From Chiloscyllium plagiosum (Eukaryota): a DNA stretch of 64,000 nucleotides. The stretch spans positions 97,925,883 to 97,989,882 of the forward strand of contig NC_057718.1 in NCBI RefSeq assembly GCF_004010195.1, in the 5' to 3' direction. The position numbers and the translations under genes were made by a program. The notes under the pieces were generated by a model. It saw nothing but the letters and a program-made list of their open reading frames with translations. It was not told where the DNA came from and made no database searches. This document shows positions 1-13,231 of the stretch, piece by piece (the stretch's first letter is position 1; each line of letters begins with the position of its first letter).

Positions 1-470
1 ATGCGCGCACACACACGCAGACACACACAGACACACGCACACCCACATAGACACACCCACACAGACACACGCGAGCGCGCACACACGCAGACACATGCAG
101 TCACACGCACACAGAGACACACGCATGCACACCCACACAGGCACACGCACGCACACACAGACACGCACAGAACACACGCGCACACAGAGACACACACACA
201 GAGACACACACACAGACACTCGCACACACAGACACACCCACACAGACGCACACACAGACACCCGCACGCACACACAGACACCCGCACACACACACAGACA
301 CACGCACACACAGACACAGGCAGACAGACACATGCACAGACACACAGACCCACAGACAGAGACACACACACAGATGCAGACACACAGACGGAGACACACA
401 GACAGACAGACAGACAGAGACAGAGACACAGAGAGAGAGACACACAGAGACAGACACCCCCCCCCCCCTC
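1..470. repeat. Degenerate (CA)n/(CAGA)n low-complexity microsatellite ending in a poly-C run
   Basis: Direct reading; explains the spurious H/T/R and C/V-rich ORFs at 1-574. Confidence 0.95.
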
Positions 471-3150
471 CCGGTGCCAACACTGAGCTTCTGGCAAACG
501 TTGGGCCCCTCCTTGATGGAGGCATCATCACTGACCTGGAGATCCTGGGAAGATCGTGACGGTGACCTTGCCATTCACTAATGTCACCCAAGCGTCTTTC
601 CCCATGAGCCTGTCAGTAAGAGGTATCTGTTATCAGAAAGAGAGGTGGATGACAGAGCATTTCTGTCTCAGGGTGGTTTTGTATCCCAGCTGTTTCCTTC
701 AGAAAATGGCAGCTGAGGTAGTGATGGGAGACTGTGCCTGGTGGACAAAGTGTGCTTATTGATGTGTTCCCCGGCAGAAAGTGGTATAAGGTCTACATCT
801 AGGTCCCACACCTCCCACTGAACAGAGATTTTGAAGAGGTGCAAGGCTTACCAATGAATGATGCACTTGATATGTTTGGATAAAGGGAATCAAAATTGTA
901 GCAGAGTGTAACATGAGAAATAGAGTTAAATTCACATCACAGTGTGTAAAGACCAAATGGTTGGATTATGTAGGTAGGGTGGGTTATACCAAGTGTGTCA
1001 AAGAGTCTATTTAAAAACAGCTGGTTAGATAACTCAGGATTTCCTACCCAATGGTACCCGGAAATTGCTGCAAGCTAGTGTGTATATCATAGGGCTCCAT
1101 GTATGTTCTGTAATGTGTTACTCAACCTGAGACTGCTCACAGGGTTTCCAGTTTAAACTGTGATTGGTGCTCCAGGAGTGGAATAGAGGCTAAATTCAAT
1201 ACACTGGTTCTGAAAACGTTCAGCATACAAAGTGATCCATCCCAATAGCATCTTTTCTCAGTTGGCAGCCTCCCTGCTTCTGACTTGGACAGTTACAGGT
1301 CTCACTATGGACTAAAGTGAGTAAAGATAATTCAGTGCTTCAGTGAGGAGTGTTGGAGTTGATGGCTTGCAAATCGAGGGTTTTTGGACTTGTTGAAGCT
1401 GACATCTTGTGGCTGTATTTGAAGAAGATTCAGTGCTCTTTAAACAACAGGTATCCTTAGCAATCGTTTATTTAATTTCTGGGACACCGTACATAGATTG
1501 GTTGCTGCATTTATTATGAGGTGAGCTGCTGTAAAACTCTTGGGACATAATGTGAGCGTGTCTGTGTGTATGCAGGTTTCGTGTAGCAATTCTGACTGAC
1601 CTAGACTGAAGAATGAGGGGATACTCAAGGTCCTCATTACCTGGAAGTCACAGTAGAATTCGAACAATCAATTGGCTCACACACAAACTTGAAATGTTTC
1701 TCAACCGAAGAAGAGTATCTGCTAAAATGATTGTGTGTCCCCCTCACGCTACTGTGCTTCGGATAAGAGTAGCGACTTGTCAACTGTGATGCCTGGCAGC
1801 AAGAAATGCTTAATTTTACATCCTCCCAAGTGCAGTGGAATAATGAACCTTACACTTAAATCAGTTAAATCCATTGGGTGCACTGTCTTGGCTCTGTTAG
1901 TCAGGTAGCTCCTGAACCAATCGCAGCTAAGCAATTAAGCCGTACAGTTGCAGATAAGCGTCAGTGTCTGGCAGTGTACCAACAGCTGCTGAACTCCACC
2001 GCACCAAACACAATGAGACAGATCTTCCTGCAGATCCATCAGAAATGCTCGATCTGCTCTTACCTCTGTGACTGCAGACGTGGCTGCATTGTCAGACGGC
2101 CAGTGAAATGACTTCTCCGCGAAATGGCAAGGACGCATCAAATGCAGCCAGGTAATCAGTGCATTGTGGTCACCCATATCACCTTGTGCTTTGAACCCTA
2201 CCTCCCCCACTCCCCGCTAAATTGGCTTCCTTTGCAGTCATTGAATGTGTCTGCCAGGCTTACTTTGTCGAAACCTTCCTTGAAGTCTCAGAAGTTGCAA
2301 AGAAGGATCATTGATGCCATCCCGTCTTTGTCTGAATCGTTGCATGCTTCAAACTTGGTTCTTTAGTCGTGCAGTAATGAGAACAACAAGGAAAGGCTGG
2401 GAAGACTAAGCAGGGTCAGGTGGGATCTGTGGTGAGAAACAGAGCGAACGCTTCAGGTCAGTGTCGGAACAGAAGAGAAATGGAGGCATAACCCATTGGA
2501 AGGGATGGGGATCACGAGAAGCAAGGAGCAGTGCCTGTGATGTTGTGAAGGCCAGGCGAGGTGAAGCAATGAATGGTTTTGGGGTGTGACACCTGGAGAA
2601 TGATAACAGACATAGTGAAGAAATCAAAGTTGTGTCCAAATGAGACATGAAGTCCCTCCTTCCACTGGTGTGACAGCTTGGGCACCTCTGTTTCTCTTCA
2701 GTCTGTTAAAAACTCATTGCTCTGAAACGTTTCCTCTCTTTCATTGTACAGATGCTCAGCAGATGTGCTGGCTTTCTCCAGTCGTGTTTGGTCCTTATTT
2801 TGGACTTGCCAGCCTCGTCAACTTTTGGCTTTTCCTCACTGCGCGCCGGGCAGGCTCATCCGAGCCGACTCAGCCCCACGCTGGATGGGGAGCTGTGTTC
2901 CTGAGGTGGGGGGGGGTGCGGTTTTCTCATTGCTTCTCCCGATCGGCAGAGCGTGGCGAGAAGCCGTTTTGCAGTCCCCTAGCTGACCTGTCAGCCCAGT
3001 CCCAGGCCAATTCGTCACAATGTGGTCACAAAAGTCTGGCAGCCTTGGCGGAATGCTGTGACCCAGCTCCTGAATCAACTCGCCGATGCCACTGGTACCA
3101 TTTGCCCTCAATGCTTTTTGCAAAAAAAAAAATTCAGCAGGGCCAATTAA

Positions 3151-3492
3151 GCAGCACGGTGGCTCGGTGGTTAGCACTGCTGCCTCACAGCGCCAGTGTC
3201 CTGGGTTCGATTCAGCCTTGGACAACTGTCCATGTGGCGTTTGCACATTCTCCCCGTGTCTGCGTGAGCTTACTCCTGGTGGTCCAGTTTCCTCCCACAA
3301 TCCAAAGGTATGAAGGTTAGGTGAATTGGCCATGCTAAACTGTCCATAGTGTTCAGGGATATGTAGGTTAGGTGCTCTTGTCAGGGATAAAATGTACAGT
3401 AGGGTAATGGGTCTGGGTGGGATATCCTTCGGTGGGTCAGCGTAGACTTGTTGGGCTGAATGGCTTGTTGCCACACTGTAGGGATTCTATGA
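3151..3492 (+). mobile_element. HE1-type tRNA-derived V-SINE
   Basis: A box (TGGCTCGGTGG), B box (GGTTCGATTC), V-domain core TTCTCCCCGTGTCTGCGTG...TTTCCTCCCAC, CR1-like tail; many similar copies in window. Confidence 0.9.
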
Positions 3493-3631
3493 AAGCCTGG
3501 ATTTATTTTGATATAAGTATCCTTGTTCTTGACCCCTCGCTGTCGATGTGTCTCCCTGTGTGCTTCAGTCCCTCCCTCGCTCTAATTCTCTTCTCTCTTG
3601 TCCTTTCTGTCATTTGTAAACTCAGACATTA

Positions 3632-3832
3632 GACAACACCAGGTTACAGTCCAATAGGTTTATTTGAAATCGCAACCTTGCAGAACGCTGTTCCTTCATC
3701 AGGTGAAGGCACTGACGAAGGGGCAGTGCTCTGACAGCTTGTGATTTCAAACTAACCTGTTGGACGAGAACCTGGTGTCATGTGACTTCTGACCTTGTCC
3801 ACCCCAGTTCCAACACTGGCACCTCCACATCT
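3632..3832. mobile_element. Fold-back Penelope-derived element with decayed hammerhead motifs on both strands
   Basis: Inverted arms around ...TTCATCAGGTG/CACTGACGAAG...; same family as 9932, 13232, 42240, 53130. Confidence 0.75.
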
Positions 3833-4229
3833 CATTTGCAAGACATTGTACAATGTGCCTCCTTTGACTGTATCTTCCCTGAGCTTGACAATGTGAGTTT
3901 ACCCATTTTGTCCTCTGCTTTACATTCAGGGGAGTCATGTTCTGGCTTTGTCTGCACTTTGCTGTGAAAGAATCAGCTTGATGTAGTGGGGTTTATTGCC
4001 TTTCCTTTTGCCCTATATACTGCTGTTTGTGTTCCATCTTACGGCAAGGATGTTATTTTCAATCGATATCTGATGTTGGGGCAGGATTAGCATCCCAGTG
4101 ATGTATTTTTCCTCTTTGTAGAAGTACGTCATTTAACTATTGAGCGTTGCTGGACATCAAGTCTCGCTTTGATTTCCTGTGATTGGTTTGCAAATATGAA
4201 CATTCTTAAAGGCAGGAGGGAACAACATC

Positions 4230-4480
4230 CAGAGAGAGACTTTAGAGAGAGTCAGAGAAATCCTTTACTGAAGCTTGCAACTCTCCTGGACACTCACCTC
4301 TTGTGATTGCTACAGCTAAAAACAAACGAGAAAAAAACCTAACCTGGAAAAACTGGCCATTCCCCTTCCACTGCTAAACTGTTAAACTCAGCTCGACTCC
4401 TCGGCATCTCTGCCTTTACAGCCTCTTAGGAAAAAAAAACAAGGACAAAATAACCTTTTTAAAGTGACAGCATCATCACA
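4230..4480 (-). mobile_element. Possible solo-LTR fragment
   Basis: Minus strand begins TGTGATGATGCTGTCACTTTAAAAAGG (LTR-like TG start); no TSD found. Confidence 0.3.
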
Positions 4481-5964
4481 GAGAGCGTTTCTCAGGTGGC
4501 ATGCTCTCTTTAATCTACCTGCAGGACATTACTTGGATTGTACCTAGATTTCGTCATCCACCCTCTAACAAGGCAGGGGAATTAACTTCTTCCAACTGCA
4601 CTGGCACAGTTGCTTCACCCATCTTGCAAGTCAAGACAAGACAAAGGCATCAGGTGCTGATGACAACACGATCACTTGCCAAGCTCCCTTCTGTGTCGCA
4701 TCCCATCGTGACTTGGATAACTTCCTCAATGCTCAGGCAAAATTACAGAACAGCAGTTTTGGGAGTGTTCTCTCCACATGAACTGCAGCACTGAACTAGG
4801 GATTGGCAATAAATGCCAGCCTTGCTAACAGCATGCCCATCTTGAGGAATCATAATGGATAAAGAGTTGACTCTTGATGTATTGGAAGGATGTAGTGAAC
4901 ACAGCACACTTTTCTCTATAAGGATATTGTAGCTGAATAATGCAATAGTATACATCAGTGGTGTGCAGCCATTTTGAATGGAGATAGGGAGCTGCAGGCA
5001 AATGATTGAAAATGATCTGATAAGTCACGCTTGTTAATCTTACCTGGGAATCTGTGATCGTTGAGATGCCTCGTAACTGCTGTTCTCTTGGAATGCTGCT
5101 GAAGGGTTCTTCACCAGTAACCCTGGTGACCAATGGATATTGACACTTGTAACGGATTGCCCAGCCACACCTCAATTCCCAAGAAGGGCGACACATTACA
5201 CTGTCGTTATGCATGACTGTCAAGGTGGAGTATGGGAACGTGCTAAATCCAGGTCAAATCTGTGGGGTTAGAGAGGGGTCACAGGATAGATCGAGAACAG
5301 GCGCTCTGAGGCTGTACCTGACCACGACATTATTGATGGAGACATTGTTAATGACAATGGCAAACATTGTCTCATTCCTTTCAGAGCAAAATCAATCCAT
5401 TGGACCTGTCAGTGATGCTTTCATAGAATTTAGAAATGAAATCCGCCTCCTGGATGAATGATAAGACTGACTTAATTGCTAGCTTCTTATCAAGAAGACT
5501 TGAGACTAGATAATTTCTGACCAACCTGCTCAGACGTGCAATGCCACTCCCCTTGAGCAGGTGGGACTTGATCCTAAGCTTTTTTGTCCTGAGGTGGGGC
5601 TCCACCATTACACCACAACAGTCCAAATACTAACTTCAGTACAATCAATGAAATCATTGCCAGTGTGTTTTCTTTCAATTAATAATTTATGCTTCGCATG
5701 AGGTTGTACATTTTTTTATAATTCCCCCCTGAGAAAATCAGAGGGTGTTGATAGATTGGTTGTCCTAGAGATGTAGCAGGAGCTGTTAACTGTCAATCTT
5801 AATTGGCTGAGTAAACTCTGACAATGCAGGTACACTCTGGTTCCTTGCATTCCATAGCAGCAAGTACAAGATGAGAACTCTGACTGTGTGTCTCTTTTTT
5901 ATGAATGTTTACATTCTGTACCCGCCAAGCAATTGCTAACTTCATGAGTGCCCAGTCCACCAAA

Positions 5965-6560
5965 TGTGCTGACAGGCTGGTCACGAAGGTGTTTAGCACG
6001 CTTGCCTTCATTGTTCAGACTTTTGAGTATTGGGGTTGGGGTGCCATGTTGAGATTGTACAGGATGTTGGTGAGGCCTCTTCTGGAATACTGTGTGCACT
6101 TCTGGTTGCCCCACTATAGGATATTGTTAATCTGAAGAAGGTTCATAAAACATTTACCAGGATGTTGCCAAGAACAAGGCTTTTGAGTTACAAAGGGAGG
6201 CTGGGTATACTGGCATGTTTTTTTTTCCCTTATAAAGATTTATAAAAATTATGAGAGGTGTAGATAAGCTAAATGGCAGATGTCTTTTCCCCAGGGTCAG
6301 GATTTCAAAACTAGGAGTCATATTTTTAAGGTGAGAGGAGAAAGATTTTGAAAGGACGTGAGTGGCAACTTTTTTACAGAGAGTGGTTCGTATGGGGAAT
6401 GAACTTCCCGAGTAAGTGGTGGATGTGGGCACAGTTAAAACATTTACAATGTTTGGAGGGATCTGGACCAAGTGCAGGAAGAGGGGACAGGTTTGGTTTC
6501 GGGTTATGGTCAACGTGGACTGGTTGGACTAAAGGGTCTGTGTCCATGCTGTATGACTCT
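5965..6560 (+). mobile_element. CR1/HER1 LINE 3' fragment
   Basis: ORF2 C-terminal peptide LYRMLVRPLLEYCVHFW; 3' tail GGGTCTGTGTCCATGCTGTATGACTCT. Confidence 0.9.
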
Positions 6561-7130
6561 GGTCAGCTAAAGCAGCCATAACAGTGAGGCTGGGTGTGAG
6601 TCTTCACACTAACTGGGATGCCCTTGTGAAGGATTTAGAAATCACAACTGTACTACGGAACAGCAAAGGACCTTGGTGTGTTGGTTTCCAAAGCGACCTG
6701 CCATAATGCCACACAGTAAATCACAGAATTGATATTGTGGAGTGGGAGGTGATTCAGTCCATTGCAATGTCTCTCTGACTGGTGACTCGATCAGTGTCAT
6801 ACACTGTCTTTTCCCAGTCTCATTACTCATTGGTCCTTTTCAAATAACCAGCTGAGTCATTTCTCTATTGAATCCACCTCCACCATAACGCTTGGACAGA
6901 GCATTCCAGGTCATTGCTGCATGAAAGAAATTTTCCTCGTCACTTTTCTGAATTACATTTTCTGCACTCTCTTGCTCTCCATCCTTTCACAGGCAGGGGC
7001 ATTTTCTCTCCACTCGTGTCTGTCCAGACCCCTCATGATTTTAAATACTTGACTCTGGTCTCCTCTCAGTCTTCACTCTGAAGTAAACAGTGCCAGCCTC
7101 TAATTTATCTGTCCAACTGAAATAGCTGAG

Positions 7131-7507
7131 TTGTTGACGGCGAGGGTGCTGTTAGTGGCGAGGGTGTTGGCGGTGAGGGTGCTGGTGATGGTGAGAGTGT
7201 TGGTGATGGCGAGGGTGCTGTTGATGTTGATGGTGCTGTTGGCGGCGATGGTGCTGTGATGGCGAGGGTGCTGTTGACGGCGAGGGTGCTGGTGACAGCG
7301 AGGTTGTTGTTGACGGCGAGGGTGTTGGTGACAGCGAGGGTGCTGGTGACGGCGCGGGTGCTGTTGGCGGCGAGGGTGCTGTTGGCGGCGAGGGTGCTGG
7401 TGACGGCGAGGGTGCTGGTGACGGCGAGGGTGCTGTTGGCGGCGAGGGTGCTGTTGGCGGCGAGGGTGCTGGTGACAGCGAGGGTGCTGTTGATGGTGAT
7501 GATGATG
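7131..7507. repeat. 18-bp minisatellite, unit approx. GGCGAGGGTGCTG(G/T)TG(A/G)C
   Basis: About 20 units, decaying into (GAT/GGT)n at the edges; source of the ARVLVT and QHPRRH ORFs. Confidence 0.9.
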
Positions 7508-7519
7508 TAAAATAAGACT

Positions 7520-8260
7520 AGACGATGTTGGAGCAGAAATAGTCCATTTAGCCCATCGAGCGTGCTTTACCATTCTGTGTGATCATTGTTGATCTGATCA
7601 TCCTCAACTGCACTTTCCTGCCTTTTCCCTGTATCCCTTGATTCCCTTCCTGATTAAGAATCTGTCTGTCTCAGCCTTGAATATACTTAATGCCCCAGCC
7701 TCAACAGCTCTCTGTGGTAAAGAACTCCAAAGATTCACCACCCACAGAGCGCAGAAATTCTTCTTCATCTGTGTCATAAATATTAGATTAGATTAGATTA
7801 GATTACTTACAGTGCGGAAACAGGCCCTTCGGCCCAACAAGTCCACACCGCCCCGCCGAAGTGCAACTCACCCATACCCTTACATTTACCCCTTACCTAA
7901 CACTACGGGCAATTTAGCATGGCCAATTCACCTGACCTGCACATCTTTGGACTGTGGGAGGAAACCGGAGCACCCGGAGGAAACCCACGCAGACACGGGG
8001 AGAACGTGCAAACTCCACACAGTCAGTCGCCTGAGGCGGGAATTGAACCCGGGTCTCTGGCGCTGTGAGGCAGCAGTGCTAACCACTGTGACCTTTTTAT
8101 TCTGAGATTATGCGTCCTGGTCCTAGGCTCTGCCACATGGGGTGAAATCCTCTGTGTCAACCCTGTCAAGCCCCCTAAGAATCTTGTGTGTTACAATAAG
8201 GTCCCTTCTCCTTCTAAACTTCAGTGAGTACAGGCTTAGTCTACTCAACCTCAACCTACT
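7520..8260 (-). mobile_element. CR1 LINE 3' fragment interrupted by an HE1 SINE
   Basis: Reverse-complement homology to the CR1 3' region at 8265-8755; sequence resumes after the SINE. Confidence 0.75.
7783..8090 (-). mobile_element. Young HE1-type V-SINE with (TCTAA)n tail
   Basis: CpG-retaining V-domain core and intact B box; (TAGAT)n on the plus strand. Confidence 0.92.
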
Positions 8261-8264
8261 CAGC

Positions 8265-8755
8265 TAGTTCACTGAGATGATCTCCGATATGGAGATCAAG
8301 AGAGATCTCAGGAGCAATGGTTGAACAGGTTGGGACCCTACTCACTGGAATTGAGAAGAATAAGAGGCAATCTCATTGAAACATTTTGAATTCTTGAGGG
8401 GATTGACAGGGTCAATGCTGAGAGAATGTTTCCCCTCATGGGAGAGTCTAGGACCAGAGGGCGCAGTCTCAGAATGAAGGGGCATAGTTGAAGATTGAGA
8501 TGAGGAAGAATTTCTTTGCCGAGTTTTGTGAGTCTTTGTGGAACACATTGCCATAGAGAGCTGTGGGGGCAAAGTCCTTGTGTATATTTAAGACTGAGAT
8601 AGATGGATCGATTCTTGGTCAATCGAGACATCAAGGGTTATGGGGAAAGGGCAGGAAGGTGGATATGAGGAATGTCGGATCAGCAATGATCCTATTGAAT
8701 GGCTGAGCAGGCTCAAGGGGCCAAATGCCCTTCTCCTGTTCCTATTTCTTGTGTC
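8265..8755 (+). mobile_element. CR1 LINE 3' fragment
   Basis: Typical ORF2 end (RRIRGNLIETF...MFPLMGESRTRG) and 3' UTR. Confidence 0.8.
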
Positions 8756-9294
8756 TCCTCACAACAGTTCCTCCTCATCCAGAGATCAGCTGTCTCTGGA
8801 TTGCTTCCAATGTCAGTCTATTTGTCCCATGATGAGGGTCTCAAAACTATTCACAATATTCCAGTTGTCTGCCCAGTGGCTTGTGAAGTTTTAGTAGGTA
8901 TCAGCTAGGGTCTCAAGCATATGATTGTGCTATGGCCAAGTCCATGAGCACTAATTCCACTTGACAGTGAGCATCAGCCCTGACTTCAATGCCCACCTAA
9001 GTCAAATAGCCAAACAGTACACCTTGCACAGAGATTGAACTCATGAACCATGGTTATTTGGATGGAGCATTTGAGTCCCAGTGGTTTGTTCTGAATGCAT
9101 GTTTTCTGAGAGGTTGCAGGGATTGGAAACCAGTTTAGCTTGAACTTGGTGCAATGTAGTGAGGCAAGCAGTGGCTGGTGTTTGAACAACAGAGTCTGAA
9201 AGTGGGAGGCCATTTCTTGGAGTCCTTCTGAGATCAAAATAGCTGCACCTATGCAGATAATTCTCTGAGGAGTGAAATGCTTCCAAATTCTCCA

Positions 9295-9930
9295 AATCGT
9301 AGAATCTTACAGTACAGAAGAGGCCCTTTGGCTCATCAAATCTCTACTGTCAAAAATATGCAGCTACCTACACTAGTCCCACTTCCCCATATCAGCTCAT
9401 AGCCTGAATGTTATGACACTTCAAGTGCTCATCCAAGTACTTGTTCAAGGTTTTGGGGTTTTCTGTCTCAGCTACCCTCCCAGTAGAGACCTCTTCATAT
9501 CAGGGGGGTCCCCAGGAGTAACAACCCCGCCCTATCCAGCCCCGCCCTATCCAAATCCGCCCTATCCTACCCCGCCCTATCCAGCTAGTTCAGGGAAGGT
9601 TCACTACGATGATCTTTGGTATGGAGGGATTGTTTTATGAGCAAAGGTCTAATGGATTGCGTTTCAGATCCCTACCATCCTCTGGGTGAAAAGGTCTTTC
9701 CTTATATCCTCTCTAAACCTGCTGCCTTTTATTTCAAAGTTATCTCCCCTTGATTTTGACCCTTGGACTAAGAAGAACAATGCTTTCTATTCATCCTGAC
9801 AACAAAGTCTGAAATAATCTTATTCACCTCATTCAGGTCTTCACTCAACCTTCTCTGCTCCAAATAAAACAGCCTGAGCTTATCCAGCCCCTCTTCATAA
9901 CTAAAGGTCTCCATCGCAAGCAACATCCAA
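9295..9930 (-). mobile_element. Degenerate CR1 3' fragment with an internal insertion near 9485-9655
   Basis: Peptide SYEEGLDKLRLFYLEQRRLSEDLNEVNKI on the minus strand; CR1 tail at 9295-9340. Confidence 0.7.
9525..9584. repeat. 15-bp tandem repeat x4 (CCCCGCCCTATCCAG)
   Basis: Four units read directly, each with a CCGCCC GC-box core. Confidence 0.9.
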
Positions 9931-9931
9931 G

Positions 9932-10200
9932 TGATGATTTGGAGATGCCAGTGTTGGACTGGGGTGTACATAGTTAAAAATCACAAAACACCAGATTATA
10001 ATCCAACAGGTTTAATTGGAAGCACTAACTTTCGGAGCGCCGCTCCTTCATCAGGTGATTGTGGAGGACAGAATTGTAACACACAGAATATATAGCAAAA
10101 GTTTGCAGTGTGATGTAACTGAAATTATATGTTGAAAAATACCGTGATTGTTTGTTGGTATTTCATCTGTTCAGATACCATGATAGTTTCACTTCTTTGA
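9932..10200 (-). mobile_element. Penelope-derived pLTR/3' fragment
   Basis: Shares the terminus ATGATTTGGAGATGCC.GTGTTGGACTGGGG with 42240 and 53130; contains a hammerhead core. Confidence 0.8.
10023..10057 (-). ncRNA. Minimal type I hammerhead ribozyme motif
   Basis: CAC-CUGAUGA-A-GGAGC(GGC)GCUCC-GAAA-GU-UA-GUG. Confidence 0.7.
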
Positions 10201-11169
10201 AGAAGTGAATATCCTTTGCAATCCTTACAGTGCAAATCCTTTTTCGTGCATTCCTGCTGTCACAGCAAAAGGTGCAAATGGATTTCTCCTGCCTGTGAAT
10301 ATAAACCTTGACATCTTGCAAATTGTATTGTCCTGTGTTGGGGCGTGCTCTGGGTGCCAGATATAAATTCATGCCCAGACCTAGGAACACGACTGTGGTA
10401 AATTATTAACATTCAGTGCTGTATTCCTATTTCGGAGAAATGTCGGAGAAATTCTAGCCTTGATTTTACATGTGAAATGGATTCTCGATGTGTTTCACGT
10501 GATACTGATGAGAAAAATGAGTGCTGTAGGTTTTGAAGATGATGTTCAGGTTGTGAACTTGTCTTTTTTATTATGCTGTTTCATCTCTCAATATCCTCTG
10601 AAATTGCCGTTTCATCATGACTTAATTAACAGACAGTGAAATATGGTACTCATAGGTCATATTTCCTTATGCTGAGCTCTGTTTGGGAGCGAGCAGTTAA
10701 TGCAAACTTGAGTTTTGCTTTGTAAGGCCATGTACCTTGCCTGTTGGATTGGTCATGTTCGGAATTTTCAAGACCGTGATGCTTTCGACAGTTTTATTTC
10801 AGAATTGCTGTTTGATAGCAATATCAAATGCATTCTGTATTGTCAAATGGCCGCATTACGGAAATCGGGTAATTAACTTGTGAATTGTGCTATTGAGAAA
10901 ACAGTTATTGGAATGTGATGGTTCAGGGATGTTAATGAGAGGGAGGAAGAGTTTAAACATTTGTGAGAAGATTTTTCTATTTGGCTCCTTTTTAAGGTGA
11001 CTCTGGGATGTGAATATTTTCTGGGTATCCACGTACTTTGTGGTGTGGGCGTGGGAGTTATTTTAAAGTGGGAGCTGATGTGTGGAACAGAGAAGGCTTG
11101 CATATTTACTGTGTAAAAGTAAAGGGTGTCAGTCCTGGTGTTTACTACGTAGCTCTCGTCGCACTCCCT

Positions 11170-11392
11170 CAGGCTGCTCCCTTGTTAGAGAGGGAGAACT
11201 GGTGGTGAGTTTAACCTGATGGTCGCCACACGTCCGGTGAGGGGGGCATTGTTGAGAAGATGGGACCTTCATGGTGACCTCCGTTGGTATGGGAATGGAA
11301 CCCATGCTGTTGGCATTACTCTGCAGTGCCAGCCAACAACTGAGCCACCATGAACAATGGGTACATTCAGCCCAATGGCTGACTGAGCTACC
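11170..11392 (-). mobile_element. tRNA-derived SINE (second family)
   Basis: Minus strand GGTAGCTCAGTCAGC A box, GGGTTCCATTCCC B box; homologous to 30705-30898. Confidence 0.7.
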
Positions 11393-12329
11393 AAAACATG
11401 ACAAAATGTAAAAACATTTTACAAGGTGATTAAAGTTATATTTGCTTATTTGACAACTTCAATGTTTTATATATAACAAATGAGGATATACTCTGCACTG
11501 ATGTTTGGAACAGAAAATGACAAAAGGACATTGTGTACATAGATGGGAGAAGTCAGGACTATTTTCCATGGGGGGGAAGTCAGGTGAAGAGGCGACTTAG
11601 CAGAGGTTTTCAGACTCATGAGGAGTATGGGGAGGGTTGATGGGGAAAAACTGTGGGCGGAAGGATTGGGAAAGTGGGGACACAGATTGAAGGGAATTGT
11701 TCAAATAAGCAATGTCCACCCAGGGAAGGACTTTATAACACAGTGAGAGGTTAGGATGGGGAACTTTCTGCCTGGGCATTGGCAGACCAATTCGATCGAG
11801 CGGGAATTGGATGATTATCTGGGCTGCAGGAAGAAGCTGGATGAGTGGCTTGTACCGAGAGCCCATGCAGACATGATGGGCCGAATGGTAGCGTGTGCTG
11901 GAACAGTCGCATGAGGAGCCACACAGATACCTGACTTCCACCCACTTCCTTTTGGATGCTCAAGCAGCAGATAAATCTGTAAAATCGTTCAGGCGGGCTG
12001 TGTGGCACCATTTGAGATACATTTTGTTTTTGTTATGTGCCTTAAACTGTGCAGGTTGAGGTTCCCAGAACTTGGGAATCTCGGGGTGGGGTGGTTGTGG
12101 GGGAGGGGGGGTGTGCATGGGGTGGGGGAGGTGGTGAAGGAAGATGTGAGAAGGACTGAATCCAGGCAGGAGTTGGGTGCTTTTTAGACCAAGGACCATC
12201 TGTTAAGAGCAGCAGAAGACTTTACCTTGGTCCCCAGGAAGCCAGCATCCTTTACAGACTGTGTGATGTCTGACTCCCTCCTGCTCTACCCCCTCCCTTC
12301 TACCCACTCCACCCACAACCCTGGCCTTA

Positions 12330-12600
12330 TTGCTGTGGGTCTGTAGTTACGTGTAGTCAGACCAGGTAAGGATTGCAGATTTCCTTCTCTGAAGCCCACC
12401 AATGAACCAGATGGGTTTCCAAGACAATTGCCGATAGTTTTGCTTATGGTCCCCCATACCGAGACCAGCTGTAAATTCTAGACCACCTTCGTTGTTCATT
12501 CAAATGTAAAACCCAGTCGTTGCGATGGTGGGGTTTGAACGCGTTTCCCTTACACTGGATCGCCAGCTCAGCAACATCACCACCACCCCATCATCTCTGT
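12330..12600 (-). mobile_element. tRNA-derived SINE of the family sharing its tail with the 62500 LINE
   Basis: B box GTTCAAACCC on the minus strand; core CCATCTGGTTCA...GGAAATCTGC shared with 20335 and 22040. Confidence 0.65.
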
Positions 12601-13231
12601 TGAGAAGCTTTGAGCTGCACGTGTCTCGGACATGTTGTTATTGTCTACCCGAAATATCCACATCTGTAAGGCGTGTGTGGCCTGGGAGAAATAAAGAGAA
12701 CTAATTCACGAAAAAGGCATCCCAGAGTTCCTTAATTCACTGTTAAAGTAATGTCTCGTTACAGTGGTAAGTGTGACCATAAAGAGTCTACTGTGATGAA
12801 ATATTTCACACAAACAGTTATTTTTGTTAAATTATAACGACTCGAGGTATATGTTTTGTCTGCCAAGAGCATAGGCCTGGATAAGTGGGAGTACTTAATC
12901 TTCTTTAAGGTAAGTAACCTTGCAGCTTTCCAGATAATTGCTGCACTCCGATAAGAAGGCACTTGCCAATGGAATCACGGCTGCTTCTCATCACCAGTGT
13001 CAGGAAGTTGGCTGTGTTTTCAAATGCAACAATAGCTGACTTTATTTTCATTTCTTTCCTTATCACAAGCTCCCATCTCTGCTAATTTAACTGGTTAGCT
13101 ACCTGAAGCTGTCATGACCAGCAAAATGAAACTGGTACAGTTATCCCCTTTCTTCTGTCTCATTATAATCGATGCGCATTTCAATGTGTACGTTTTCAAC
13201 TTGACAGAAATGAACCTTTCCCCTGGTCACC

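Noticed and set aside
1..574. His/Thr-rich and Cys/Val-rich ORFs of 150+ aa
   Set aside because: Translations of a CA microsatellite
3151..3225. tRNA gene-like A/B boxes here and at other SINE heads
   Set aside because: These are SINE heads that continue into V-domain or other SINE bodies, with no full cloverleaf or terminator
2640..3474. 226-aa and 212-aa ORFs
   Set aside because: They span decayed PLE and HE1 SINE sequence; similar peptides recur at every HE1 copy
10408..10430. AACATTCAGTGCTGT resembles the 5' part of miR-181b
   Set aside because: The 3' part diverges and no complementary arm for a pre-miRNA hairpin is visible
12082..12135. G-run cluster as a possible G-quadruplex; poly-C at ~38320-38340 and poly-G at ~43534-43551
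   Set aside because: Low-complexity tracts within or beside decayed repeats with no evidence of function
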